Notes: a model not told the origin generated them from the sequence alone. A stretch of DNA of 64,000 nucleotides from Methanobacteriota archaeon (GCA_018659375.1 JABJMO010000063.1:1782-65781); one strand, 5' to 3'; positions 28,604 to 39,672 are shown, counted from the stretch's first letter. Numbers and translations: made by a program.

Positions 28604-30091
28604 TTAATCTAGGAAACCTAATTCTTGATCAAGGGTTTCCAATGCATCATCAAGAGATGGTAAATTATCGGGGGCTTGTTTAGTACTGACATGTTGGGTC
28701 TTGGGCTCAAAAAGAGGAATCTCACCATCACCAGATAACCAATCAAGCCATATTTCTGATGAGTGCTCTTTTCTTGCATTCATCAGTTGCCATAGCGGGT
28801 TTAAATCACAATTTTCAGCAGACAAATCAGTGATCCTAGCGGCAAATTTATCGGGAGATATATCAACCATTTTGACAAGTAACTCTCGCATCCTTGACCG
28901 TACAACTTCGTCGCCATCCTGCCATAACAGCGGGAGTAGTTTTCTGCTGTCATCAGGAAATGTCTCAAAATAATCTCTTAGTGAAGGCACTATATTTCTC
29001 CTAACAACTGGCAGTTCATGCTTACTTAATTCCAATAGATTTTCGGCCCACAAATCAACATCGAGAAATCTTAAATCTGCAGATGTGTTACTAACTGCAG
29101 CCAAAACATCGGGGTCTTTGTCCGCTTTTAGTTGATTGTAAAAAGGTAAAGCGTCAACTGTTAATCTCCTAAATAATCTAGTTAAAACATCGGCCATTGA
29201 TCTTCTGACCATTAAATCGTCTCTTGCCATTAATAATTTAGCCAATTCGAGGCCTTTATCGTTATCATAATCAGTTATCCTTGCTAAACATCGAGAAACC
29301 TGTACTGCTACTTGTTCATCTTCATCATTAGCTCTTCTACCCAAAATTTCGAGTAATTGTAAGGGTTCGATTAATTCGGGCCTTTCAAGCAATAATCTTA
29401 TCCATTCAATCAATAATCTTCTACGGTCGACATTGGAGGTTTCTAGTTCATTTAGCATCCATCTCGCTGCTTCGATACCTGTTTTGTGGGCCATAACTCC
29501 AGTAATACGTGGAACTACTGCTTGTGGGTTCCAGTCAATATTTTGAGGTCCTGCTTCAGGTTGGGTGTGCCAAGATCCTGGACGCTCCCCAATTGCTATC
29601 GACTCCAACATATGATATCCTTGATGTATCGGTTGGCCCAATGGTCCGATTGATAAGCCATTTAGTAAGGCAATACTGAGCCACCATCGTGTTGTGTCTG
29701 GAGCAGAGGGGTCCAGTGCTTGAGCTAACCAGTCATTATTAATTAGAAAAATTAGTCTCTCTGCAACCATATTACTGCGTTTAGCCAACCATTTTTGATG
29801 AGTTTTATACGGGTCGTCAGTTAAGTTCATTCTATGTGGTACTACCAACTCTACAACAGTGTTTAATTTGTGTTGAAACATTCCATGGTCCATGTTCAAC
29901 AACGCTAGTCCTTGTTCGATTAACTCTTGAGGGGAGTGCGGATGAACTGGAGGAAAGTCGGAGTCAATTAATGGGGGCTTGGGAAGTGGCCATGACTTTG
30001 TTCCTAGCTCCATGGCCTCAACAAGTAACGTTGCTACTTTTTCAAACACAACCTGAGATAACTCAGATCGACTTTTAGTCATTAATATCAA
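28604..30091 (-). CDS. HEAT/ARM-repeat protein
   Basis: Recurring D-x-D-x-x-V-R/A helical units (DEDEQVAVQV, RDDLMVRRS, DKDPDVLAA, HELPVVRRN, DGDEVVRSR). Confidence 0.7.
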   Translation of the reverse strand: MILMTKSRSELSQVVFEKVATLLVEAMELGTKSWPLPKPPLIDSDFPPVHPHSPQELIEQGLALLNMDHGMFQHKLNTVVELVVPHRMNLTDDPYKTHQKWLAKRSNMVAERLIFLINNDWLAQALDPSAPDTTRWWLSIALLNGLSIGPLGQPIHQGYHMLESIAIGERPGSWHTQPEAGPQNIDWNPQAVVPRITGVMAHKTGIEAARWMLNELETSNVDRRRLLIEWIRLLLERPELIEPLQLLEILGRRANDEDEQVAVQVSRCLARITDYDNDKGLELAKLLMARDDLMVRRSMADVLTRLFRRLTVDALPFYNQLKADKDPDVLAAVSNTSADLRFLDVDLWAENLLELSKHELPVVRRNIVPSLRDYFETFPDDSRKLLPLLWQDGDEVVRSRMRELLVKMVDISPDKFAARITDLSAENCDLNPLWQLMNARKEHSSEIWLDWLSGDGEIPLFEPKTQHVSTKQAPDNLPSLDDALETLDQELGFLD

Positions 30092-30105
30092 CCTATTTTG
30101 GCGAA

Positions 30106-31032
30106 TCAGATGTCAAGTTCGATATTCAGATTTTGGATTAATTCCTTGTATCTGTTACGAATTGTTACTTCGGTTACTCCAGCAACTTCAGCAACTTCAC
30201 GTTGAGTTCTTCTCTTGCCACACAAAACTGAAGCGATGTAGATAATCGATGCAGCAATACCAGTTGGTCCTCGCCCGCTGGTAAGTTCCTTTTCTTGGGC
30301 AGCTTTGATCAATTCGTAGGCTTTTGCTTCAACTTCAGCATCCAGTCCAAGACCTGAACAAAATCTCGAAATATAATCTTCCGGGCCTGTAGGCATAATC
30401 TTCATTTTTAGTTCTCTTACCATGAATCTGTAGGTTCGGCCGATTTCTTTTCGACCAGTTCTAGACGCTTGTCCAATCTCGTCGAGGGTTCTTGGAACTC
30501 CGCATTGCCTGCATGCTGCATACAATGATGCTGCTGCTACACCTTCAATAGAGCGACCTCTAATCAATCGCTTATCGACTGCTTTCTTGTAATTTACAGC
30601 GGCTGCTTCTCTGACAGACTTTGGTAATTCTAGTCGGCTAGCCATTCTGTCAAGTTCTGCTAGAGCCATTGCCAGATTTCTTTCAGTCGCATTGGATACT
30701 CGGCTTCTTTTCTGCCACTTTCGCATTCGATAAAACTGAGAGCGATATCTTGAGTTAATCGTTTTTCCAGAATAATCCTTGTTTTGCCAATCAATGTCTG
30801 TAGAGAGACCTTTGTCGTGTAGCATAACTGTCATTGGTGCACCAGTTCTTGCTCTTTGGTCGCCTTGTTCAGGAGAGAAGACTCTCCATTCAGCACCTTG
30901 GTCAATCACATTATCTTCTAGAACTAATCCACAATCCTCGCAGACTACTTCTCCTCTAGTCTCGTCACGGGTCAAACTTCTACTTCCACAATCGCTGCAT
31001 TTTACAATATCTTCAACTTGTTGTTCATCCAT
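30106..31032 (-). CDS. tfb: Transcription initiation factor IIB
   Basis: Zn ribbon [41 protein letters not shown]. Confidence 0.98.
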   Translation of the reverse strand: MDEQQVEDIVKCSDCGSRSLTRDETRGEVVCEDCGLVLEDNVIDQGAEWRVFSPEQGDQRARTGAPMTVMLHDKGLSTDIDWQNKDYSGKTINSRYRSQFYRMRKWQKRSRVSNATERNLAMALAELDRMASRLELPKSVREAAAVNYKKAVDKRLIRGRSIEGVAAASLYAACRQCGVPRTLDEIGQASRTGRKEIGRTYRFMVRELKMKIMPTGPEDYISRFCSGLGLDAEVEAKAYELIKAAQEKELTSGRGPTGIAASIIYIASVLCGKRRTQREVAEVAGVTEVTIRNRYKELIQNLNIELDI

Positions 31033-31217
31033 TTTGCATACCTCCCCTATAATAAAATTAGGGCAATACTCATAACCCCTATCGCAAGGTTATATGAAAC
31101 TTATGTTGTAATATTCGTAACCGGTTTTGCCACGGCTCGCTTGAAATTTGTAAAATATACCCCTTCCGTCATATACTTTTTCACAAATTTAGACGAACGA
31201 TTATACCAACAAGTCCC

Positions 31218-33224
31218 TTGCCCGAAACGATTGCAATGGTTGTCGCGGAGTTACACAGACCAATTGCACTCACGCCGGGGAAACGGATTTTGTTTCTCAC
31301 CAAGGATATGGAACTGATAAAGCAACAACTTTACCATGGCTTAAATTTGCAGATGAAGGACATCAACCCCAAGGATTTACTTGACGACATTAACACTGAC
31401 GTAATGACTCCTGCTTGGGTTTGTTTTGATCACGATCCTGCCGAAATAGCCAAAAACGCCTATGCTGGATTAAAACACAATGGTCTACGTGTATTCAATG
31501 AGAATGCACTGATTAACGGAAACTTTGAGGTAATAGTATCTGGTCAAAGAAAGGGCACTGGCTCTAGTAGGGAAACTGCAGCACAGTGTGAGCGTTGGGC
31601 GGGCATAAGAATAGTAATAGCTGCATCATTTGCTCCAATACACGAAAGAAATAATATCAATCTTGGCCAATTAATGGGCGATTACAACATGCTAGAACGC
31701 CTTCAAGACGGAGATGCACTACCCCTTGCCAAATTCACTGAAAAATATGACGTGGTCACAAGAATAATTATCGAAAAAGGCGGGCTATTTCCGTTCGCAA
31801 AATCTCTAAAAAATAATGAAATCCAGCTTCCTGAAATGGATACAGAAGATAGGCCTATGACTATGGCTGAGAAAATAATTGCTCGTAACCTAGTTGGCCA
31901 AAAGCCCAACCAATGCGTCAAACCAGATGATCCGGTGATTACTCAAGTACAAAGTGGATATTCACACGAGTTCACCACTGCTCAAGTTCATACATTCCTT
32001 GCCCAAGAATATGGTGACGAGTATTCCTTGCCAAACCCTACCAAATTTGCGGTCTTTGAAGACCATTTGCTGTATGCACATCACAATCCCAAATTTGTAC
32101 CCTTTATGCATAAGGTACAAACCTTGCGAGACTTACAGAAAGCCTTCCAAAGCCATACTGGAGTTAGAGATTATTCGGCAGTCGATGGAGTTTCACCGGG
32201 TATTTGTCATCAAGTGGCGCGTGAAGAATTTATTGAAGTAGGGGATTTTGTTCAAGCAACTGATTCTCACACGTGTATGGGGGGAGCGTCTAATGCGCTA
32301 ACATGGGGTGTTGGGGCTACAGAGTACTCTAATTTGATTAGTTCCGGATTTACTTTCGTAAAAGTTCCAGAGTCAATAAGGTTTGAATTATCTGGAATAC
32401 TTAATCCCGGTTGTACAGCAAAGGATGTGATTCTTTACATCCTTGCTGACCATGCAAGAGAGGAGTTGACCTTGAACCGATCAATGGAATTTGGCGGCCC
32501 TGGACTGTCAAGCCTTTCCATTGATGAACGGGCAACGTTATGCAACATGGCAACTGAATGTTCGGCAAGAACTGGAATCTGCGAACCTGATGAAAAATTG
32601 TATGATTGGATGAAGCGCTCAATGCCACATCTTGAACTTCAGCAAATGAGGAAAAACGCAGTTAATCCTGACCAAGGAGCAGAATATACCGGCGGTGTCC
32701 ACCATATTGACTTGTCCAAAATAGAGCCAATGGTAGCACATCCAGGCAATCCTGACAAAGGTGTGCCTAGTGATCCAACCAACGGTGCATTAATTTCTGA
32801 AATTGGTGAAGTCAAGGTTGACATCGCTTACGGCGGTTCATGTACTGCGGGTAAAGAGGATGATATTGCGTACTATGCGCTAGTCTGTCAGGCCGCTGAT
32901 GATTTGGGACTTAGTGTCGCTGACGGAGTTGAATTTTTCATTCAATATGGTTCTGGTTTGGTCAAGGATTTAGCGGTTAGAAAAGGATGGCATGAGTTAT
33001 TTGAAAAAGTTGGAGTCCAGTTAATAGATCCAGGTTGCGGCGCATGTATTGGTGCTGGACCTGGTGTGTCAATAAATTCTGAACAAGTTACTGTATCGGC
33101 TATCAACCGTAACTTTCAAGGTCGCTCTGGCCCAGGTAAATTGTATTTAGCAAGCCCGTTGACAGTTGCTACATCTGCTTTTACGGGCAGAATTACCTCT
33201 TGGACAAGTAACTTGTTTGACTGA
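31218..33224 (+). CDS. Aconitase-family [4Fe-4S] hydratase, fused LeuD-like + LeuC-like
   Basis: N-terminal swivel domain (DINTD, GSSRE, SFAPIH..N) then MTMAEKI, DH, GICHQ, TDSHT, GGSCT, PGCGAC, NRNFQGR. Confidence 0.88.
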   Translation: MPETIAMVVAELHRPIALTPGKRILFLTKDMELIKQQLYHGLNLQMKDINPKDLLDDINTDVMTPAWVCFDHDPAEIAKNAYAGLKHNGLRVFNENALINGNFEVIVSGQRKGTGSSRETAAQCERWAGIRIVIAASFAPIHERNNINLGQLMGDYNMLERLQDGDALPLAKFTEKYDVVTRIIIEKGGLFPFAKSLKNNEIQLPEMDTEDRPMTMAEKIIARNLVGQKPNQCVKPDDPVITQVQSGYSHEFTTAQVHTFLAQEYGDEYSLPNPTKFAVFEDHLLYAHHNPKFVPFMHKVQTLRDLQKAFQSHTGVRDYSAVDGVSPGICHQVAREEFIEVGDFVQATDSHTCMGGASNALTWGVGATEYSNLISSGFTFVKVPESIRFELSGILNPGCTAKDVILYILADHAREELTLNRSMEFGGPGLSSLSIDERATLCNMATECSARTGICEPDEKLYDWMKRSMPHLELQQMRKNAVNPDQGAEYTGGVHHIDLSKIEPMVAHPGNPDKGVPSDPTNGALISEIGEVKVDIAYGGSCTAGKEDDIAYYALVCQAADDLGLSVADGVEFFIQYGSGLVKDLAVRKGWHELFEKVGVQLIDPGCGACIGAGPGVSINSEQVTVSAINRNFQGRSGPGKLYLASPLTVATSAFTGRITSWTSNLFD

Positions 33225-33229
33225 TAAGT

Positions 33230-33928
33230 ATGAAAAAAAGTACTAGCCTTATTGCTGCGTTAATCGTAATTACCGGCATCGCTATTACGATTTCTTTAAC
33301 TCAGGTTTTAATTTCCTTATTTATTGATTACCTTACATGGTTTTCCAGTAATGCATTGTATGGTATGATAATTTTTATTCTGCTTTACGTAGTTTTTGGC
33401 ATAATTGCCTTGCCGGCGAGTTTTCATAAATATCTTGCAGGAGTAATCTATGGCTTTGGACCAGGTATATTGATCGCCTATATCGGCTCGATGTTAGGGG
33501 CAATTGCCCCGTTTTTACTTGGCAAGAAATGGATGAACCCCTATGCTAGAAAAGCACTTAGTAAATATCCCACTTTGGATGGATTAGAACAAGAAATCGT
33601 TGACAAAGGCACCAATGTGGTTGCTCTTACTCGAATTAATTTGGTTATCCCATATGGAGTATTAAACTACGCATATGGCGCTACAGAAGTAAAATTTAGA
33701 GATTATCTAATAGGTAATTTGGCAATGATTGTTCCATCCATAATGTATGCTTGGTGGGGTTCTCAAACAGTTATCACCAGTAATGGTATTGAAACAACTG
33801 CAAAAACCCCATTTGATATGCTGCTCGTTGTACTATCCATTATTATAACTATTATTATGATTATCAAAGGTAAACAAATCATGGATAACTTGGAACGTCA
33901 ACAAACTAAAGGCCCAGTAATTGAGTGA
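33230..33928 (+). CDS. TVP38/TMEM64 (DedA/VTT) membrane protein
   Basis: LPAS..AGVIYG..G, TRINLVIPYGVLNYAYG. Confidence 0.85.
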   Translation: MKKSTSLIAALIVITGIAITISLTQVLISLFIDYLTWFSSNALYGMIIFILLYVVFGIIALPASFHKYLAGVIYGFGPGILIAYIGSMLGAIAPFLLGKKWMNPYARKALSKYPTLDGLEQEIVDKGTNVVALTRINLVIPYGVLNYAYGATEVKFRDYLIGNLAMIVPSIMYAWWGSQTVITSNGIETTAKTPFDMLLVVLSIIITIIMIIKGKQIMDNLERQQTKGPVIE

Positions 33929-34027
33929 TTTACGGCGATTTTAGTGTTAGTTATTATGTACCGTCGGTAATCGAATTATCGTGTTGCTGGCCCGAGGTCA
34001 TTCGGACTGAGGAGGACCAGAAACGGA

Positions 34028-36124
34028 GTGACAAAGATGTCAGGCATAGCACAAAAACTCGCGGCGAATCAAAAACAAGTAGCAATTTCAGAATTTTTTG
34101 AGAAGAATAAACACTTCCTTGGATTTGACTCATTATCAAGATCCCTAATTACTGCCGTAAAAGAAGCAGTAGACAATGCTCTTGACGCCTGTGAAGAAGC
34201 TCGTATTTTACCAACTATCAACGTACAAGTTACCAAGATTGACGCGAAAAAAGACATAATTGAATTAACAGTCGAAGATAATGGACCTGGGATTCCACAG
34301 AAAAGCATTGAAAAAGTGTTTGGGCAACTGTTGTTTGGTTCTAGATTCCATGCGATTAGACAATCGCGTGGGCAACAAGGAATTGGAATTACTGGGGTTG
34401 TAATGTACAGCCAACTAACAACCGGAAAACCTACCCATGTCAAATCAAAAATTGCTACAGAGGCTACTGCAGCAGTTGTGGATATCGGACTTGATACAAG
34501 AAAAAATAAAGCTACTAAGAGTAATTCAGGCCGTGAAATCTGGGAAGAAGAAAATGGAGAAATAAAAAAGCATGGCTTAGAAGTAACCTGTCGAATGAAA
34601 GCTAAGTATCAGAAAGGTAGGCAGAGTGTATGGCAATACCTGCGCATGACTAGTATTGTCAACCCACACGCTGAAATCACATTTACTGACCCAGAAGGCG
34701 AAATCCATTTTTGGCCACGAGTAACTGAGAGACTACCAAGAAAAGTTGAATCTATTAAGCCCCATCCGCATGGAATTTTACTCGGACAATTACAAAGAAT
34801 GCTAAGTGAGTCGAAAGACTCCAGAATGTCGGTATTTTTGCGTATGAATTTCTCTGGGGTGTCGGGAAGGGCTGCCAAGGAATTGTGTGCAGCGGCAGAA
34901 ATTGAATTTAATCTCAAACCTAAATCGATGAAACCAGAGCAGATGCGAGCACTTTTAGAAGCTTTTCAAGGTGAAAAAATGTTCAATGGGAAGCCGGTGA
35001 AATTACTTAATCCGCCAACTAACTGCCTCTCACCAATTGAGGAAATGCTCATCAAAAAAGGTCTCTCAAAAACTATTGATTCAAGATATGCTACAACTAT
35101 GACTAGAGTGCCAAACGTCTCTCTAGGCAACCCATACCAAGTGGAAGTTGGGCTTATTTTTGGTGGCAATATGGCAGCAGATAAACCGGTTGAAGTGTTA
35201 CGTTTTGCTAATAGAGTTCCATTAATGTATCAACAAGGTGGATGTTTACTCACTAAAGCGATTGAAAGTGTTGATTGGCGGCAATATGGGCTGGATCAAC
35301 CTGGAGCAAAAGGAGTTCCAAAGGGTCCAGCAGCAATATTGGTTCACTTAGCGAGTACGAATGTTCAATTTACTTCAGAAGCAAAAGAAGCACTTGCTGA
35401 GAATGGTGAAGTGATCGAAGAGGTTAGAAAAGCCATGCTAGAAATGGGCCGGGGTCTAAGAAAGCATCTAGAGAAAAAGAAAAAGATGGCAAAGACCAAA
35501 GAGAAATTCGAACTAATAAATGATATATTGCCCGCCATCGCTAAAAAATCTGCAGAGATTTTAGCGAGACCTATACCAAATTTATCTGGTTCAATCACCA
35601 AAATTATGTCTGCTGTAATATCTGAAAGTGAAACTGAATGGAATAAAGCAACCAAAATGACGGATGTATCTATCAAAATTTACAATTATACTGCTCGAGC
35701 AAGGGCTTACACAATATTAGCAACTTGGCCAGAGAAATCTGGTGGGATAATTAAAAATAATGCCTTTGGCGGAAGAAAAGAAGCCACTGGTGTTTGGGCA
35801 TGGAAACTAGAAACTCTCCAGCCGGGAGAAAACCTAACTATTACTTTCAGCCTAGATGGGCTTGAAAAAGGTGATTGGACAGAAACTGATGTGTTTTATC
35901 GCGGTAGTCAAGAAATCATTGGCGCTTTGAAGATGGATGAAAAATACCTGGATGAAATCCGTAACCAAGAAAAAATTATGCAAGAGCTTGTGGCTAAATC
36001 AGAATCTCATTACACCGAGTCATCCCCAAACGAAGAAACTACGCAAAATGAGGAAGAACCACAGCCAGAGCCTGCCGTTAAACCGCCGACTGGGCAAGCT
36101 ACGTTATTTGGAGGTGAACTCTGA
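34028..36124 (+). CDS. top6B: DNA topoisomerase VI subunit B
   Basis: SEFFEKN, KEAVDNALDA, EDNGPGI, SRGQQGIG, RFANRVPL, FTSEAKE; start may be the ATG at 34037. Confidence 0.97.
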   Translation: MTKMSGIAQKLAANQKQVAISEFFEKNKHFLGFDSLSRSLITAVKEAVDNALDACEEARILPTINVQVTKIDAKKDIIELTVEDNGPGIPQKSIEKVFGQLLFGSRFHAIRQSRGQQGIGITGVVMYSQLTTGKPTHVKSKIATEATAAVVDIGLDTRKNKATKSNSGREIWEEENGEIKKHGLEVTCRMKAKYQKGRQSVWQYLRMTSIVNPHAEITFTDPEGEIHFWPRVTERLPRKVESIKPHPHGILLGQLQRMLSESKDSRMSVFLRMNFSGVSGRAAKELCAAAEIEFNLKPKSMKPEQMRALLEAFQGEKMFNGKPVKLLNPPTNCLSPIEEMLIKKGLSKTIDSRYATTMTRVPNVSLGNPYQVEVGLIFGGNMAADKPVEVLRFANRVPLMYQQGGCLLTKAIESVDWRQYGLDQPGAKGVPKGPAAILVHLASTNVQFTSEAKEALAENGEVIEEVRKAMLEMGRGLRKHLEKKKKMAKTKEKFELINDILPAIAKKSAEILARPIPNLSGSITKIMSAVISESETEWNKATKMTDVSIKIYNYTARARAYTILATWPEKSGGIIKNNAFGGRKEATGVWAWKLETLQPGENLTITFSLDGLEKGDWTETDVFYRGSQEIIGALKMDEKYLDEIRNQEKIMQELVAKSESHYTESSPNEETTQNEEEPQPEPAVKPPTGQATLFGGEL

Positions 36125-37224
36125 TGGCACAAAAACGCATGTCGGCAGAAGACACAAAGGTAGCCATGCATTCAGTAGTTGGTGAAATGTATGATAAAAT
36201 AGTCAACGGTGAACCTCCAACGATGACTTTACCTGTTAGAACAAAGACCAACATAGGGTTTGACAAGAAATTAGGCGTCTATAAATATGGCAAGAAGCGC
36301 TCAACTCGCGACGCAACAAGTTTGGGTTCGGCAAAGCAACTACTCCGGGCGTTACACGTGATTGAATTTATTGAAGAAATGATAAATTCTGGTAAATCTT
36401 CGACGTTAAGAGAAATGTACTACATCTCCGAAAGTTGGGGATTGGGTAAGTTCGGTAGCCAAAATGAATCAAATAATCTTGCTGAAGATTTAGAAATTGT
36501 CACTAAGTGTCTGCGAGAAGATTTCAAATTACGTCCTGAAGAAGATGGGGCTAGAATGATTGGTAATCTCACATTGCAAGAGAGAAACAGGCGTGGAGAA
36601 TGGATGAGAATCAATGCGCGAGATGATGTTGGTGATTCTGGCTATGGTGTGCCATATAATGTTGAAAAAGAGAAAATCGAATTATTAGAACATGATATCA
36701 ATTTCATCATGGCAATTGAAACAGGTGGTATGTTTGATAGATTAGTCGAAAATGGATTTGATGAAGATTACAAATGTGGTCTACTGCATCTAAAGGGGCA
36801 ACCAGCAAGATCTACAAGACGAATAATCAAGCGGATGAGCGAAGAATGGGACTTGCCAGTTGTTGTATTCCTTGACGGGGACCCGTGGTCGTTCAGAATA
36901 TTTGCCTCAATAGCGTACGGTGCAATTAAAACTGCGCATATTTCGGAATATCTAGCAACTCCATCTGCGACGTACTTAGGGATCACTGCAGATGATATCA
37001 TGGCTTACGAGTTACCGAGTGACGACCTTTCAAAGAAAGACATCGAGGCGTTAAATGCGGAACTCACGGACCCTCGGTTTGCTGATTCATGGTGGCAAGA
37101 ACAAATTAACATGATGCTAGAATTGGGTAAAAAAGCTGAGCAGCAATCGTTGGCCAAATATGGTCTTGATTTCGTAACAGATACCTATTTACCTGAAAAA
37201 TTAGCGGAATTAGGTCTTGCTTGA
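36124..37224 (+). CDS. top6A: DNA topoisomerase VI subunit A
   Basis: STLREMYY (catalytic Tyr), AIETGG, KGQP, DGDP, KAEQQ; GGAGGTGA RBS. Confidence 0.97.
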   Translation: MAQKRMSAEDTKVAMHSVVGEMYDKIVNGEPPTMTLPVRTKTNIGFDKKLGVYKYGKKRSTRDATSLGSAKQLLRALHVIEFIEEMINSGKSSTLREMYYISESWGLGKFGSQNESNNLAEDLEIVTKCLREDFKLRPEEDGARMIGNLTLQERNRRGEWMRINARDDVGDSGYGVPYNVEKEKIELLEHDINFIMAIETGGMFDRLVENGFDEDYKCGLLHLKGQPARSTRRIIKRMSEEWDLPVVVFLDGDPWSFRIFASIAYGAIKTAHISEYLATPSATYLGITADDIMAYELPSDDLSKKDIEALNAELTDPRFADSWWQEQINMMLELGKKAEQQSLAKYGLDFVTDTYLPEKLAELGLA

Positions 37225-37266
37225 TTTGTACAAGCATTGATGGAGGACTTCCGCCGAGGGACATAC

Positions 37267-38292
37267 ATGGCGCAGAAATCTGGTAACCCTTGGGCTTTGC
37301 GTATTGCCATAATCGGGTTAGTGTTTATTTTACTTGGTTCTATTGCGATTTTTTCTAATGTTGACAAAATAGATGAGGCTGCTAGTCCCAAAAAAATCAA
37401 TGAAGCATCACTCACCGGTGATGGCAGTGTCACGGTTGAATTATCCAAAAGCTGCTATTCTGCAATCACTATAGATGATGAGGTTAGTAATGTTAGTTTG
37501 TTTAAAATGGCCGGCTCTAATGTCCAAGATGACCCAATAGAGACCAGTAATTGTAAAACAGATTGGACCCCGATGGATTCTGATGGCAGTAAATTTGTGA
37601 TTTTAGAGGATTGGGACATCGATAACAGTGGAGAATATGTTCTCCAAGTAGTATGCGAAAATGGATGTGAAAATTCAACCGTTTGGTTAGTTGACGCAAC
37701 CAGCGCTCAGTGGAAATTACTCGAGCAGCCAGCACTCGTATTTGGTGGAGCAACATGTTGTCTTGGAATTATAATTCTACCAATCGCGTTTATCCTTTAC
37801 CAAACTAACAAGAATGGGAAGGGACCGAAAATGATGATGGTTGGAGCGAACGGTCAAATGATGCCAATTACTGATTTGACTCCTGAAAACATCGCAAAAC
37901 TGCAGCATCAGGCGGTTGTAGAAAAGGTGGACAACCCCTTTGCAGATACTGGCTTAACAGAATCTAGCGACTTTGTCGACGGCAGTGAAGATGTTCAAAA
38001 TGGTACACTATTGACTACAGAACAGGTATTTGCTCTAATGAAGGGTGATGTTGATGAAGCACAAAGCAGAGTCAGTGATCCTTTCGCCGATTATAATCGC
38101 GTGCGCACAGAACAGCCGGTCAAGAAAGTCACCAACACAAAGGAAATCGCTTCATGGGATGAAGGTGATAATCTATTCACTAAACAGGAAGTTGAAAGTA
38201 AGACAAAAACCGTTCCAGATAAGGTCGCTAAGACTACTGAGAATAAGCCTTTAGCAAAACCTAACGCATGGAAAGATTGGGACGAAAATTAG
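37267..38292 (+). CDS. Hypothetical membrane protein with disordered acidic cytoplasmic tail
   Basis: N-terminal TM, Cys-containing ectodomain, second TM, low-complexity tail; start set at the ATG at 37267. Confidence 0.7.
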   Translation: MAQKSGNPWALRIAIIGLVFILLGSIAIFSNVDKIDEAASPKKINEASLTGDGSVTVELSKSCYSAITIDDEVSNVSLFKMAGSNVQDDPIETSNCKTDWTPMDSDGSKFVILEDWDIDNSGEYVLQVVCENGCENSTVWLVDATSAQWKLLEQPALVFGGATCCLGIIILPIAFILYQTNKNGKGPKMMMVGANGQMMPITDLTPENIAKLQHQAVVEKVDNPFADTGLTESSDFVDGSEDVQNGTLLTTEQVFALMKGDVDEAQSRVSDPFADYNRVRTEQPVKKVTNTKEIASWDEGDNLFTKQEVESKTKTVPDKVAKTTENKPLAKPNAWKDWDEN

Positions 38293-38876
38293 GTGATTAC
38301 GTGAATAAGTACATCTCGATTAGCATCACTATTATTGGTTTATTGATGCTGATAATATCATCATTAGCGGTAACCAATAATTTGAACGACTCCGAATCTG
38401 TAGATGCCATGCTACCACCTTGCACTGTAGAGCAAGGTTTGCCGGTTGTTGGGCAGGATGAAGTGACTTGTTATTGGGGGATGTCTGGGGAAATGTTAGA
38501 AATTCCAAGTGAGGCTATAGCAGCTGATGTTGACGTACAAATCTCTTGGCAGAAATCAGGGGTATGGATTGGTATTGCTGAGGCTTCAGAAGCAGAAAAA
38601 TGTGAATTAAAAACAGACTACTATGAGTGTGAAAAAGATTCTGTCGCTCTAATAGCAGGTGGGCCTACGTCTAACGGTGAAATCGTATGGAGTCCTAGCC
38701 CAGGCGAATATCGATTTGTTGCTGGAGGCGATGATACCCAAACATTACAACAATTTTCTGTAGATTGGGAATATGAGGCTTCATTAAAGTCTGGATTGGC
38801 AATAACAATGATGGTTATTGGTGGAGTTCTATTGATTACCGGTGCTTTTTTGCTTTACCAAAACCGGAATAACTGA
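38268..38876 (+). CDS. Hypothetical membrane protein
   Basis: N- and C-terminal TM helices around a beta-rich domain (GEYRFV); true start may be the GTG at 38301. Confidence 0.65.
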   Translation: MERLGRKLGDYVNKYISISITIIGLLMLIISSLAVTNNLNDSESVDAMLPPCTVEQGLPVVGQDEVTCYWGMSGEMLEIPSEAIAADVDVQISWQKSGVWIGIAEASEAEKCELKTDYYECEKDSVALIAGGPTSNGEIVWSPSPGEYRFVAGGDDTQTLQQFSVDWEYEASLKSGLAITMMVIGGVLLITGAFLLYQNRNN

Positions 38877-38918
38877 TTTGAAAAGGTTCTTCAATTAGGT
38901 AACCTTAGGTTTAGCAAT

Positions 38919-39671
38919 ATGGCAGACCTTGACCTCGCACTATCCCTTTTGCAGAACAAAGTTCGCAGACAAATATTAGAGAGATTGGTCAGAGAACCTC
39001 ACTACCCAATGCAGTTGGCTGAATTGATTGGAGTGAGTCAACAAGCAGTAAAGAAACATTTGAAGGAATTAGAAAAAGGTAATTTTGTGACTAAAATGAA
39101 AGTTCCAAGCGAAAAGGGTGGACCACCAAGAACAATTTATACCGTTCAAGAAGCTATTTCAATTAGAATTGATTTGGGCCCTGATTTATTTAATTGTGAA
39201 CAACGAAAACTACCGGCCGGTGGACCTATGCGTTTATCAAGGAAATTACCTGAATCTACCCATGCTGTTGCCGAGGTAGTCAGTGGAAGGAAACGTATCT
39301 CAGTAAGTGAAGGTGTGGCACATTTAGCCGAACTCAATCAGGTAATTGAGCAATTAGATGGTCAAAGAGATGCACTGATTTCATTGCATCAACATATTAG
39401 AAACCGCATCTCTCAAGGAGTCGACAGTGATTTTGAGCAGTACGAAGAGCGCGCAATGATTCATTCGATTATCGAAGCGCCTGAAAAACGGCTCGATCTA
39501 AACTTGTTAAGCAAAGAATTACAATTGGGGCAACGGCAAGTTTCGGAATTACTAGAAGAAGTCAGAGCAAAGCTTCAGCGCCAAATTTCGGAAAAGGCTG
39601 GCCACGTGATAGTTACGCCTGAAAACTCCGACCTGTATTGGTGGTTGGGCGATTACAAAAAGTCTAACTGA
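38919..39671 (+). CDS. ArsR-type HTH transcriptional regulator with coiled coil
   Basis: NKVRRQILERL..PHYPMQLAELIGVSQQAVKKHLKELE..GPPRTIY. Confidence 0.88.
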   Translation: MADLDLALSLLQNKVRRQILERLVREPHYPMQLAELIGVSQQAVKKHLKELEKGNFVTKMKVPSEKGGPPRTIYTVQEAISIRIDLGPDLFNCEQRKLPAGGPMRLSRKLPESTHAVAEVVSGRKRISVSEGVAHLAELNQVIEQLDGQRDALISLHQHIRNRISQGVDSDFEQYEERAMIHSIIEAPEKRLDLNLLSKELQLGQRQVSELLEEVRAKLQRQISEKAGHVIVTPENSDLYWWLGDYKKSN

Positions 39672-39672
39672 G

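Noticed and set aside
33985..34030. Hammerhead-like core order (GTC..CTGAGGA..GAAAC) upstream of top6B
   Set aside because: Stems I, II and III cannot pair (no G-C closing stem II, no stem III complement); the purine runs are explained as RBS sequence.
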